Shown in pieces: positions 27,004-34,978 of a stretch of DNA of 37,010 nt. A model generated the notes under the pieces. The model did no database searches, was not told where the DNA came from, and was given only the letters and a program-made list of their open reading frames with translations. Source of the DNA: a virus (taxonomy: Duplodnaviria > Heunggongvirae > Uroviricota > Caudoviricetes). The stretch is taken from IMG/VR virus record IMGVR_UViG_2778261177_000006; one strand, written 5' to 3'. Position 1 is the stretch's first letter, and each line of letters starts with the position of its first letter. Position numbers and translations under genes: made by a program.

Positions 27004-29826
27004 TCATATATCGCGGCGCGTTTTTTGCTCATTTACGGGATTTGTGAATCCCGTTTCTGTCTGTTTTTTGTTTCCACTGGTCAGGCCACCCCGCAGCAGG
27101 TCTGCTTTGCGGCGGGCACGTTCAGTGGTTTCACTGATTCTCTGTGCGTGCTCTGCGTCGCGGATGGCGCGCAGCATGTCAGAAAGCACGGTAACGGGTG
27201 TTTTCATGGTGTTCTGGTCCTGCTGAAGTGTGGATGCCAGGCGTGTGGCGGCTTCAGGGTCTGATGCCCCCAGCTGTGCCAGATAGCTGGCGACCGGGTT
27301 ATGGCGGATCTCCGTGCTGCTTACACCGTGATTACGGCTCAGGCGCTGCCAGAGCTGCGTGATTCGGCTGTCCGGGCGGGTATCCGGTTTGCGTACAATT
27401 TCAAATCCCTGCGGTGCAATGATGCTGCCGTCAACGTACAGACTGCCGCCCCGTAACAGGTGCTGCATTTGTTGTTCACCGATATGCAGGCCGAGAGATT
27501 CAGCAGACTCCCGCCATTCTCTAGCGAGTAATTCGTGGTTATCAGGCAAAGGCCGCTGCTGTTTGCGGCTCTGTGTCCAGCTCTGCATTTCATCACTGCT
27601 GTTTTTTGCCTGTTTGTCACGAAGCGAACGCATCAGCGCCCGGCGTTCGTGCCGTTTCAGTGAGCGCATCCATTCGTTCACTTCAACGCCGTCAGGGAGC
27701 TGCGGCCACGGTGCTGGCCGTTCTTCCGGCTGTTCTGTCCCGTTGTTGTCCGTTTCCTGTACACGGGGACAGTTATTGCCACGAGTCCAAGGGGCGGCAG
27801 GGCCGCCCTGAAGGTCAAAACCATTTTCGCGGGCGCTGTCTTCCGCTTCCGGTTTGCGTCTTACCAGCTTCCAGTTATCCGGATGCGTGCACACACGGGA
27901 GGATTCCCCGATGAGTGGTGACCAGATCCCGTAAATCTGTACGCCCTGCTCGCCGTAATCGTTCAGCTCATCTGCGAGGTCGTAGGCGGTGCGAATCAGG
28001 TAGTCCTTGCGTGGAACAAGTACGCCACCCTGTTTTTCAATGTAGGAGGCAAAACACCCGGCATCAGCGGCAGCAAGAACCGCATCCATTGCGTCATCCT
28101 TCAGCCGTTGCGGGCCTTCCGGGTTGCGTGCCATCTGGCTGGCAAGGCGGCGGAGTTCACGCCACACCTGACGGGAGGGGATGCCAAAGAACTGGAACTG
28201 GCGGACCCGGTGAAGGCGCGCCCAGCCGATGGCGCGCTCCACGCTCTCGGCCATTGATTTACCTGTTTCGTGGTCAACGCGTGGCTTGCCCGTTTTCGGG
28301 TCGATGCCATCCACGGCGCGGCTGTCCAGGTTCTTTCCGATGTAGGTCGCGATATAGCTGGTTGGTGTGCCTTTTGAGCCGTCGACATACTCCACCTTAA
28401 AGCGCGGAGTAATATCATTGCCGAGCTCGTGGCGGTCTTCCTGAATGGCAATATCGCGGGTGATGGCCACGATGCTGTCGATTTCTTCCGGATGTGCAAA
28501 GACCATCATATGCCAGTGCACTGTGCCGTCATGGTGAGGCTCCACCGTGCGGATGCCATACCAGCGAAGACCGTCGCGGTTCAGTTTTTTGCGGACCGCT
28601 GCAAAAAACGTGTTAACCAGGTAATCGCTGGAGTCGCGCATGGTGGCCCCGTTCCATCTGGGATTCGGATGACCGTTCTCTGTTGTGGCGTGGTACTTCG
28701 AAGGGGTGGTGACAGTCAGAAACACCGCTCTGTCGCCACGGGCTTCGGCCAGAAGTTCCAGCCCCTTCATGGTGGCCATCATTTCTGCCTTACGGTGAAC
28801 CGGGTTACTTACTCCCGCGTAATACACTGTCTCGAGATCAATCGTGAACCCGTCTTCGTTTTCCAGCATGAAACTTTTCAGGAAGTCGCGTGTTTTCTCG
28901 CGCTGTGCGCGAAACTCGCTTAACGCGTCCTGGCTCAGATAGGGCGATGTTTTTCTGGAAACCAGACAGGCGGCACGGAGTTGTTCTTCCCGCCACTCGC
29001 AACGTAACAGCCACAGTTTGCGTTTCCACCATTCCGCACAGGTCAGACGAAGGATTGCGCCCGGCAGCAGCTCCGTGTCCGGTTCGTTCCTCCGGTCTTT
29101 GTCTGTTGTCAGTGCTTCGTAATGCGGCGGCACGGTGTGCAGGTGTAACGCCATGCGGGCCAGCATCTGATACGCCTTCAGTGCCACCTCCATGGTCAGC
29201 TCACCATCAGTCGCGCCAAAGCCATCGCAGAGTTTTTCGAAGGTGCTGCTGAACATCGCCGCCGTCATGGTGGCCAGCGTCTGTATCTGGTGTTTGTTGA
29301 GCTGCGGCAGGTAAAGCAAATCATCCAGGCGTTCACGTCCGGCGAGGGAGCGATAACCCGGTGTCAGCCAGCGACTGTCGGCACGGTTAATGCGATCGAA
29401 TATCTTGCGCAGGGTTCCGCGTGCATAGCGTTCTGCCTGCCAGCTCTTTTTGCCTTTCCGGCGATCGGCTTCCTGTTTTTTGCGCAGGAAGGAGAGGTGG
29501 CGAATAAGCGGATCGCGCAGATAAGACGGCAGCAGGCGCAGCGAGGCCATGGCTTCATCCACCGCGCCGCGTGCCTGTTTTCTGGCGTCTCCTGCCAGTG
29601 TGATGGTTTTGTCCTGTTTTTCCTGTGCGTCCAGGCTTTTATTAATCAGGTTGCCCAGCGGCGTGGCGGAGAACGCCGCATCAGCCATTTCCTGGCGGCG
29701 CTCGTTCTCTGCCCGGTAGGCATCCAGCCAGGAGGAAAGCGCGGATTCAGGAGCGGGGATCCCCGTTCCTTCACGCCCCACTGCGTGGCGCGGTTGTTGC
29801 CAGTCCCTGATGTACTCTGCCGTCAT
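27004..29826 (-). CDS. A: Replication initiation endonuclease A (rolling-circle initiator, P2 gpA family), 940 aa
   Basis: HUH-type motif (HWHMMVFAH) and tandem active-site tyrosine motif (YIATYIGKN) in the translation; largest early-region ORF. Confidence 0.9.
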   Translation of the reverse strand: MTAEYIRDWQQPRHAVGREGTGIPAPESALSSWLDAYRAENERRQEMADAAFSATPLGNLINKSLDAQEKQDKTITLAGDARKQARGAVDEAMASLRLLPSYLRDPLIRHLSFLRKKQEADRRKGKKSWQAERYARGTLRKIFDRINRADSRWLTPGYRSLAGRERLDDLLYLPQLNKHQIQTLATMTAAMFSSTFEKLCDGFGATDGELTMEVALKAYQMLARMALHLHTVPPHYEALTTDKDRRNEPDTELLPGAILRLTCAEWWKRKLWLLRCEWREEQLRAACLVSRKTSPYLSQDALSEFRAQREKTRDFLKSFMLENEDGFTIDLETVYYAGVSNPVHRKAEMMATMKGLELLAEARGDRAVFLTVTTPSKYHATTENGHPNPRWNGATMRDSSDYLVNTFFAAVRKKLNRDGLRWYGIRTVEPHHDGTVHWHMMVFAHPEEIDSIVAITRDIAIQEDRHELGNDITPRFKVEYVDGSKGTPTSYIATYIGKNLDSRAVDGIDPKTGKPRVDHETGKSMAESVERAIGWARLHRVRQFQFFGIPSRQVWRELRRLASQMARNPEGPQRLKDDAMDAVLAAADAGCFASYIEKQGGVLVPRKDYLIRTAYDLADELNDYGEQGVQIYGIWSPLIGESSRVCTHPDNWKLVRRKPEAEDSARENGFDLQGGPAAPWTRGNNCPRVQETDNNGTEQPEERPAPWPQLPDGVEVNEWMRSLKRHERRALMRSLRDKQAKNSSDEMQSWTQSRKQQRPLPDNHELLAREWRESAESLGLHIGEQQMQHLLRGGSLYVDGSIIAPQGFEIVRKPDTRPDSRITQLWQRLSRNHGVSSTEIRHNPVASYLAQLGASDPEAATRLASTLQQDQNTMKTPVTVLSDMLRAIRDAEHAQRISETTERARRKADLLRGGLTSGNKKQTETGFTNPVNEQKTRRDI
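27032..27070. repeat. 38-bp repeat unit 2 (tttacgggatttgtgaatcccgtttctgtctgttttttg) inside the 3' end of gene A
   Basis: Same architecture as unit 1; lies within the last ~20 codons of the A ORF. Confidence 0.6.
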
Positions 29827-29832
29827 AGTGAT

Positions 29833-30198
29833 TTACTTCGTCATGCCATTCAGGGTGTCGCGGCAGACTGTAGCCAGCCGCTGAATTTCCAGCACGGTGT
29901 CTTCTGTGTCGGCATGGCGATGTGTGATGCGGATGCTGTCGGCAATCACATCGACGATTGCAGAGGATGGGCGCTGGTAAATGCCAATAACGGACGGGGT
30001 GCCACCTTCAATGCGGTAAAGCCTGTAATTTCCCTCGTGGCTGTCAATCATGTAGCGACCATCAATAACAATCTTTCCGTCAGCGAGCTGCGGTACAGGC
30101 AGGGATTTCAGGTACATGTCATAACGATCACGCACGCGAGCGGCAAGATCACGTTCTGTGTTGAGCAGGTATTCAAGAAAGTCGTTGGCGAGAATCAT
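29833..30198 (-). CDS. Hypothetical early protein, 121 aa
   Basis: Immediately upstream of A and co-directional; no family recognised. Confidence 0.5.
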   Translation of the reverse strand: MILANDFLEYLLNTERDLAARVRDRYDMYLKSLPVPQLADGKIVIDGRYMIDSHEGNYRLYRIEGGTPSVIGIYQRPSSAIVDVIADSIRITHRHADTEDTVLEIQRLATVCRDTLNGMTK

Positions 30199-30270
30199 TG
30201 CGGCAATCCTCTTGTTACAGATGTGCGAAGGCCTCCCGCCGCAAGGTGCAGGAAAGGCCCGGAACAGGAA

Positions 30271-30501
30271 TTAATGGAGTTTGTTTTGCTGCTGGATGAG
30301 CTGTTGAAGCTCGTGCAGATCATCCGCCAGATAGCTGAAAACAGCGGCGGAATAGATGTTTGATAGTGCGTGGCTGCGCTCATGCAGCATATTGATGTGC
30401 ATGATTTGCGCGACGCGTGATGCGCGGAAAAGTCTGCGGTTGATTTCAGTCTGGATGTGACGACGCTCCGCGATAGCGCGGTGCTGTTTGCGGTTTGCCA
30501 T
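30271..30501 (-). CDS. Hypothetical early protein, 76 aa
   Basis: Small basic protein upstream of the replication genes; no family recognised. Confidence 0.4.
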   Translation of the reverse strand: MANRKQHRAIAERRHIQTEINRRLFRASRVAQIMHINMLHERSHALSNIYSAAVFSYLADDLHELQQLIQQQNKLH

Positions 30502-30680
30502 GGTGTGGCCTCGTACGTAGTAAGTTTTAAAAACTCACCATCCAGAGGTGGAAAACTCGGGGTGGTGAGACGTACAGGGTTTCCACAACCGGCTACGCAC
30601 GAATCCGGCCCGACCGAAGTCGGCCCTGTACGCCCCACCATAATTCTGACGCGAAAAAGACGTGGCGATACGGTACGCAC

Positions 30681-30701
30681 AAAAAAACCGCTGGCGCGGT
30701 T
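30681..30701 (-). terminator. Minus-strand rho-independent terminator (aaccgc-tggc-gcggtt plus T7 on minus strand)
   Basis: 6-bp stem preceded on the plus strand by an A7 run, i.e. hairpin plus U tract when read on the minus strand. Confidence 0.55.
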
Positions 30702-30837
30702 GTGCGCGTGCATAGTCAGCGGGGTGGAAATCCCGGCACCCGTTTTATGAGGTGCAGCGGAAATGTAACCTGACTGATTGCGGCATGGCAAGCGGTTTTT
30801 TTGTGAGAACGGCATACTAAAAAATCCTGATACTGCT

Positions 30838-30865
30838 CCGGCCAGCGGTTTTCACTGGCCGGGTT
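30838..30865 (-). terminator. Hairpin directly after the SPFH gene stop (ccggccag...ctggccgg)
   Basis: 8-bp GC stem right after the stop; the T tract on the minus strand is a few nt away, so efficiency is uncertain. Confidence 0.45.
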
Positions 30866-30868
30866 TAA

Positions 30869-31699
30869 TTACTTCACCGGAACAAACGGAACAGCGGTAT
30901 TGCTGGTCATATATTGCGGCAGCGTGCCGTTCCATTTGTTGATTGCTTCCAGCTCCATAACGCCGGGATTCTGACGCAGAGCTTCACCGCGTAAACGAAT
31001 GGCGTCAGCTTCAGCCTGGGCTTTTGTGCGAATGGCATCAGCCTGTCCGGCAGCTTCTGCGCGCAACATGTTGGCTTCAGCTTCGCGTTGCTTGACTTCC
31101 TGTTCGCGTTGCAGGGTTTTCTGGTTTGCCGTGACTTTGGCGTTAATGCTGTCGATAACGGTTGGCGGATATTCCGGTTTACCGACATAAGAGAGGCTCA
31201 TGACCTGAATGCCGATGGGGGTCATCTCTTCCTGAATATCTTTAAGTGCTGAATCCAGCAGTTCAGACTTACCACCGTCGATAAACTTATCGGTGGTCAT
31301 TTTGCTGGCCAGTCGGTTGAGTGCATCGGCGATCTTCTGGCGCAGGTCAGTGTCGGTAATGTCATCCACGCCTTTGCGGTAGGTTTGAAACACTGTGGTA
31401 ACTTTGGATGGATCAACCTTGTAGGCCACACCGATGTGATAGCCGATGGTTGTGCCGTCACTCATCTGAAAGCTGAACGGCTCATCGTAGGTCTTCATTT
31501 GTTTGAAGGTCGGGAAGATGTAAACCTCGGTATTCCAGCCAGTCCAGTAGCGGCCAACGCCAACCACTTCGCCAACGCCTTTGTCGTCGCCCAGCTTGTT
31601 GACTTTGATGCCCACATTACCTGGCTCAACGCGATCGCAGCCAACCAGCAGGATGGCGGCAAAAAGCGGGAGAATCTGAAAGAGTTTGAATTTCTTCAT
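30869..31699 (-). CDS. SPFH/band-7 (prohibitin/stomatin-like) domain lipoprotein, 276 aa
   Basis: N-terminal signal peptide with lipobox (LLVGC); SPFH core (GNVGIKV...) followed by an Ala/Glu-rich coiled coil (AEANMLRAEAAGQADAIRTKAQAEADAIRLRGEA). Confidence 0.8.
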   Translation of the reverse strand: MKKFKLFQILPLFAAILLVGCDRVEPGNVGIKVNKLGDDKGVGEVVGVGRYWTGWNTEVYIFPTFKQMKTYDEPFSFQMSDGTTIGYHIGVAYKVDPSKVTTVFQTYRKGVDDITDTDLRQKIADALNRLASKMTTDKFIDGGKSELLDSALKDIQEEMTPIGIQVMSLSYVGKPEYPPTVIDSINAKVTANQKTLQREQEVKQREAEANMLRAEAAGQADAIRTKAQAEADAIRLRGEALRQNPGVMELEAINKWNGTLPQYMTSNTAVPFVPVK

Positions 31700-31899
31700 T
31701 GTTTGATTTCCTTGATGTACTTACTGAAAAGGCGAACAACGCCTGCCGGGTACAGCATGGCAATGAAAATGCCCAGCAATACCAGGAAGGAGCTGTCTGA
31801 TGAAATCATTCGGGGGAGTAGTCCTGCATACAGAATGAGAGAAACGAGGACGCATACCAGCGCCCACATGTATGCGCGAAACCAGGTCTTTTTGTTCAT
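31696..31899 (-). CDS. Small two-helix membrane protein (67 aa), translationally coupled to the SPFH gene
   Basis: Two hydrophobic segments; its stop overlaps the SPFH start (ATGA). Confidence 0.55.
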   Translation of the reverse strand: MNKKTWFRAYMWALVCVLVSLILYAGLLPRMISSDSSFLVLLGIFIAMLYPAGVVRLFSKYIKEIKQ

Positions 31900-31910
31900 A
31901 TCGCGGTCCT

Positions 31911-32210
31911 TTACTGGTTAAGGAAAAAATCAAAAACCTTGTCGATGCGTTGCAGTAGCTCTCGTTGCATTGCTTCCGGTGTTTCTGGTTCACCTGGTGA
32001 CTCCAGCGTCGCGCAGAAATCCCTGATTTCATGATGGAGCGTCAGGCGAATGGCAGGAGCCGTGGTTCTGGCGTGCTCCAGCTCATCCAGTAGTGCCAGC
32101 ACGGCAGACGGCGAGAGCATTGCGCGAAATGCCAGTAATTTTTGAGGTGTTGCCATTCGTTGCAGGGCAAATGCCAGTTCGCGTAGTTTCTGGTGGTTGA
32201 TGGTGCTCAT
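31911..32210 (-). CDS. Hypothetical early protein, about 99 aa (start at MSTINHQ)
   Basis: Start overlaps the upstream stop (ATGA); no family recognised. Confidence 0.45.
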   Translation of the reverse strand: MSTINHQKLRELAFALQRMATPQKLLAFRAMLSPSAVLALLDELEHARTTAPAIRLTLHHEIRDFCATLESPGEPETPEAMQRELLQRIDKVFDFFLNQ

Positions 32211-32473
32211 GCTCTGGCTTCCTTCAGTAGCTGGTTGAACATGTGAGTAAGTGGATTGCCACACCCGAATGGCATCGGGTTTACGTGGTAAGAAGCCTGA
32301 CCCCCTGTTTTGCGAGCGCGACCACCTGTGCTGCGGTTTGTTCTGATGACTAAGCCGCCGCGCCAAAGTTGGCGTAACTCAGCATTAATGGCTGTGGTTG
32401 GAGTATTCAGTGCTGCGGCGATCTCTCCGCCGCTACACCCCGGATGAGTAGCGATGTAGTCCAGAATGGTCAT
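32207..32473 (-). CDS. Small putative winged-helix DNA-binding protein, 88 aa
   Basis: Helix-turn-helix-like segment (GGEIAAALNTPTTAINAELRQL); start overlaps upstream stop. Confidence 0.4.
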   Translation of the reverse strand: MTILDYIATHPGCSGGEIAAALNTPTTAINAELRQLWRGGLVIRTNRSTGGRARKTGGQASYHVNPMPFGCGNPLTHMFNQLLKEARA

Positions 32474-32673
32474 CTGCGTGGCTCCTGTACCTGTCGGATA
32501 AGATTCACCCGCGCCACGTTGGTGGCGCAGAAGTAAGTGCCGTCAGTGAGGTAGATGTGGTGTGCATCCTTTTCCGAACGATGTTTGTCGATAGTGGTAA
32601 TCAGGCGTTCGTCGACCTCGTATTCGCGCCCTCTGGAGGTAAAGCGAACGACGGGAAAATGCTTAATTGCCAT
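32470..32673 (-). CDS. Hypothetical protein, 67 aa
   Basis: ORF in the AT-rich early segment, co-directional and tightly spaced. Confidence 0.35.
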   Translation of the reverse strand: MAIKHFPVVRFTSRGREYEVDERLITTIDKHRSEKDAHHIYLTDGTYFCATNVARVNLIRQVQEPRR

Positions 32674-32696
32674 TGCGCCCCCTTTGTCCAGTAACC

Positions 32697-33113
32697 CTAT
32701 GCGTTAAATACGGCACGTTGCGCGTCATCAATGAATACAGCTTGAGAGCGTTCTATCAGGCGGAGATTTGTCAGAAGCTCTGACTCTTTTGTGTGGTAAG
32801 GCGTTATCAGGTATTTGCCGTGCAGTTCGGCAATAATGGTGTATTGCGTCATTATTGCCGAACCAAGAATGTAAATGCGGCGTCCAATGCTGGACGGATT
32901 CATGGCTGCAACTGTTGACTGTGTTTTAAGAGTGTCGATTTCTTTGCCCTGTTCCTCAATAATTTTGGCTGCGTCAGCGGTGATTTTTGCGATGGTCAGT
33001 GCGTGAAGTGCTGCCATATGTTGGCTACGCTTCACGGCATCTTTAGCCATTTCATCTTCCGCTTCTGATATTTTTTTTAATGTGTTGATAATGCCTTCTT
33101 CTTTTGCGTTCAT
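32697..33113 (-). CDS. Hypothetical protein with N-terminal coiled coil, 138 aa
   Basis: ORF in a visibly AT-rich segment; no family recognised. Confidence 0.45.
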   Translation of the reverse strand: MNAKEEGIINTLKKISEAEDEMAKDAVKRSQHMAALHALTIAKITADAAKIIEEQGKEIDTLKTQSTVAAMNPSSIGRRIYILGSAIMTQYTIIAELHGKYLITPYHTKESELLTNLRLIERSQAVFIDDAQRAVFNA

Positions 33114-33205
33114 TTTATATCTCCATTATTTACGTGTGCGAATACCTCCGTTAATACGGATGGTTTTCACGTTTTCTTATTTAATTTGATGTTTTATTTG
33201 TATCG

Positions 33206-33319
33206 TTATTCATCAGAGAAAAAACGCTCGATCTTTTTCACTGAATTAATAATTCGCATAATCCCAATGGCGCAGACCACCGAAATAATCAGAATAAGCC
33301 ATGAGATAAAGATACTCAT
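33206..33319 (-). CDS. Small hydrophobic peptide, 37 aa (MSIFISWLILIISVVCAIGIMRIINSVKKIERFFSDE)
   Basis: Hand-translated; ATG overlaps the upstream stop (ATGA); single predicted transmembrane helix; below the ORF-track cutoff. Confidence 0.35.
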   Translation of the reverse strand: MSIFISWLILIISVVCAIGIMRIINSVKKIERFFSDE

Positions 33320-33558
33320 GCAATATTCCCCAGCTTATACGGTTCAATATGTTCCCCGCATTCTGCGGCACAGATCAGCTCGGAAAGTTCGTTAAGTGCA
33401 TCCAGATCATCAGCGTAAAAAGCCACGTCATACAGACTCCGGATTGCCCTGGTCAATGAGTCACGGGCTGCACGTTCAGCATGAGCGCCTGATGCACTTA
33501 AGCGAAAATAAAAACGCTCAAGTGCTTTATTAATGAGAGTTTTATATTCTTTGCCCAT
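33316..33558 (-). CDS. Hypothetical early protein, 80 aa
   Basis: ORF co-directional with the early operon; no family recognised. Confidence 0.45.
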   Translation of the reverse strand: MGKEYKTLINKALERFYFRLSASGAHAERAARDSLTRAIRSLYDVAFYADDLDALNELSELICAAECGEHIEPYKLGNIA

Positions 33559-33650
33559 CGCAACGCCCTTTAATCTGCTTTCTGAATTTCAGTTTCTGAA
33601 TCCATACAAATAATTTCGATATAGGGTTTATCGCCATTAACCTGGTGTGC

Positions 33651-33857
33651 CTATTCAGCTTCGCTAATGATTTCTCGTACGGTCTGGTACGGAAGTTCCA
33701 CAAGCAGTCGCGTGCCGTTCAGATAAACGTAAGTGGCTTCGTCGACTCCGTTTTTACCCGCCGGAGCCACTCCATCAATAGCGGATGCGCGTAATAACAG
33801 TTCACCGCGAAAATCAATAAAACGGATAAATACACCTTGTGCATGCTCTTTGGTCAT
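33651..33857 (-). CDS. Hypothetical early protein, about 68 aa (start at MTKEHAQ)
   Basis: Start chosen to avoid overlap with the upstream gene; no family recognised. Confidence 0.35.
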   Translation of the reverse strand: MTKEHAQGVFIRFIDFRGELLLRASAIDGVAPAGKNGVDEATYVYLNGTRLLVELPYQTVREIISEAE

Positions 33858-33867
33858 AAAGCACCTG

Positions 33868-34218
33868 TTATAAATCAGCCTGTTTAATAAAACTTTGTCC
33901 GCGAAGCAGACGATCAACCGTGCGTAGTGCTTCGTATAATGTGAAATCCTGCCCGAACTGATTGTCGCCGCTGCTTAGTGCAAAAATGCGATTTCCGGTA
34001 AACGGATTGCGTGGGCATTTATGGACCACGATTCCAGCTTTCTCAATCAGCCAGGAATGCTCGCCGATTTGTTTTACTGGGTGGCCATCCGGCGTTGCGT
34101 GTGTATCACTCAGGCTGTAGCGGATGTTGCTGCGTGATGCACTGGTAGCGAAACGGTTAGCATGGCGTTCCGCACCGTTGCGGAAGCGCTGCTGTGAAGA
34201 ATTGCGCTGTAGTTTCAT
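33868..34218 (-). CDS. Hypothetical early protein, 116 aa
   Basis: ORF co-directional with the early operon; no family recognised. Confidence 0.45.
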   Translation of the reverse strand: MKLQRNSSQQRFRNGAERHANRFATSASRSNIRYSLSDTHATPDGHPVKQIGEHSWLIEKAGIVVHKCPRNPFTGNRIFALSSGDNQFGQDFTLYEALRTVDRLLRGQSFIKQADL

Positions 34219-34353
34219 ATTAAAACTCTGTACCTTCGGTAAGGTGTACTCGTGTCACCTTGTATTGATTTGTGGTATTTTTTGTGTGTCTAGGACTTGG
34301 ACTGGCCGGTTCAGGTCCTGGCTTATGTTTAATTAAATTGTTTAGAGGTTTTC

Positions 34354-34545
34354 ATGTCAGAAGATAAAAAAGTTGTTAATTTGTTGAGTGAACTTAGTGC
34401 TGCTCTGGATAACATTAACTCTCCCAGGGTAAAAACGACGGGTGATAAAGACGCATTAAACGCAGAGATTCATATATTACTGGCGTTAGTAACTGACAAA
34501 ATTCAGCGTAAATACCCACCTGTCACACAACTGGTTGATTTTTAA
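34354..34545 (+). CDS. Hypothetical small protein, 63 aa, convergent with the neighbouring AT-rich gene
   Basis: AGAGG RBS before the ATG; shares a terminator hairpin with the convergent minus-strand gene; AT-rich. Confidence 0.45.
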   Translation: MSEDKKVVNLLSELSAALDNINSPRVKTTGDKDALNAEIHILLALVTDKIQRKYPPVTQLVDF

Positions 34546-34551
34546 TTTGAT

Positions 34552-34974
34552 TTATGCCGGGCTGCTCCCGGCATCTTCTAGCTGCCATAATGTCTCGTCA
34601 CCTGATAGAGCAAAACGAAATGAGTGAAGTATATCCTCCCGAGAGAAGCTCACGGCTACAGCTGCGGGAAAGTCAAATATAATCCCACCTTCATTTTTAA
34701 AACGATTACGCAATTGATAGGCTATCGGTTTGATTTGTGCAGGAAGAGTATCTATATCTCTTCCATTGACAACAGAATCTTTGTTTTCAAGTACTGATTT
34801 AGCGATTAGATATAGATGCCAGTAACTGGTTACAATTGTTACTCCTGTGATGTGTCGTAAATTAATTGCAATTCGTCCGTTATTATGTTTTTCCGCAAGG
34901 TATTTCAGGTTATCAATTAATGCTTGGTCATTTTTTGAAATAGTTATTGTGAAATCTGACGTGTTTGTTTTCAT
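34552..34974 (-). CDS. Hypothetical protein, about 141 aa (start at MKTNTSDF), AT-rich
   Basis: ATG one codon after the upstream stop; visibly low GC; no family recognised. Confidence 0.5.
   Translation of the reverse strand: MKTNTSDFTITISKNDQALIDNLKYLAEKHNNGRIAINLRHITGVTIVTSYWHLYLIAKSVLENKDSVVNGRDIDTLPAQIKPIAYQLRNRFKNEGGIIFDFPAAVAVSFSREDILHSFRFALSGDETLWQLEDAGSSPA
34554..34576. terminator. Bidirectional hairpin (gccgggctgctcccggc) between convergent genes
   Basis: Inverted repeat gccggg...cccggc located between the two stop codons. Confidence 0.45.
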
Positions 34975-34978
34975 ACGA

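Noticed and set aside
26959-27070. Possible CRISPR array or iteron array
   Set aside because: Only two repeat copies with a 73-bp interval and no cas genes, so not a CRISPR array; retained as a repeat feature.
29290-30363. 357-aa plus-strand ORF
   Set aside because: Lies antisense across the 5' end of gene A and the upstream small genes, which have strong family signatures or coupling; low-complexity translation; treated as a spurious antisense frame.
30457-30750. 97-aa plus-strand ORF in the non-coding interval upstream of the replication genes
   Set aside because: Overlaps the start of the 76-aa minus-strand gene and runs through terminator hairpins; Arg/Gly-rich translation without RBS support.
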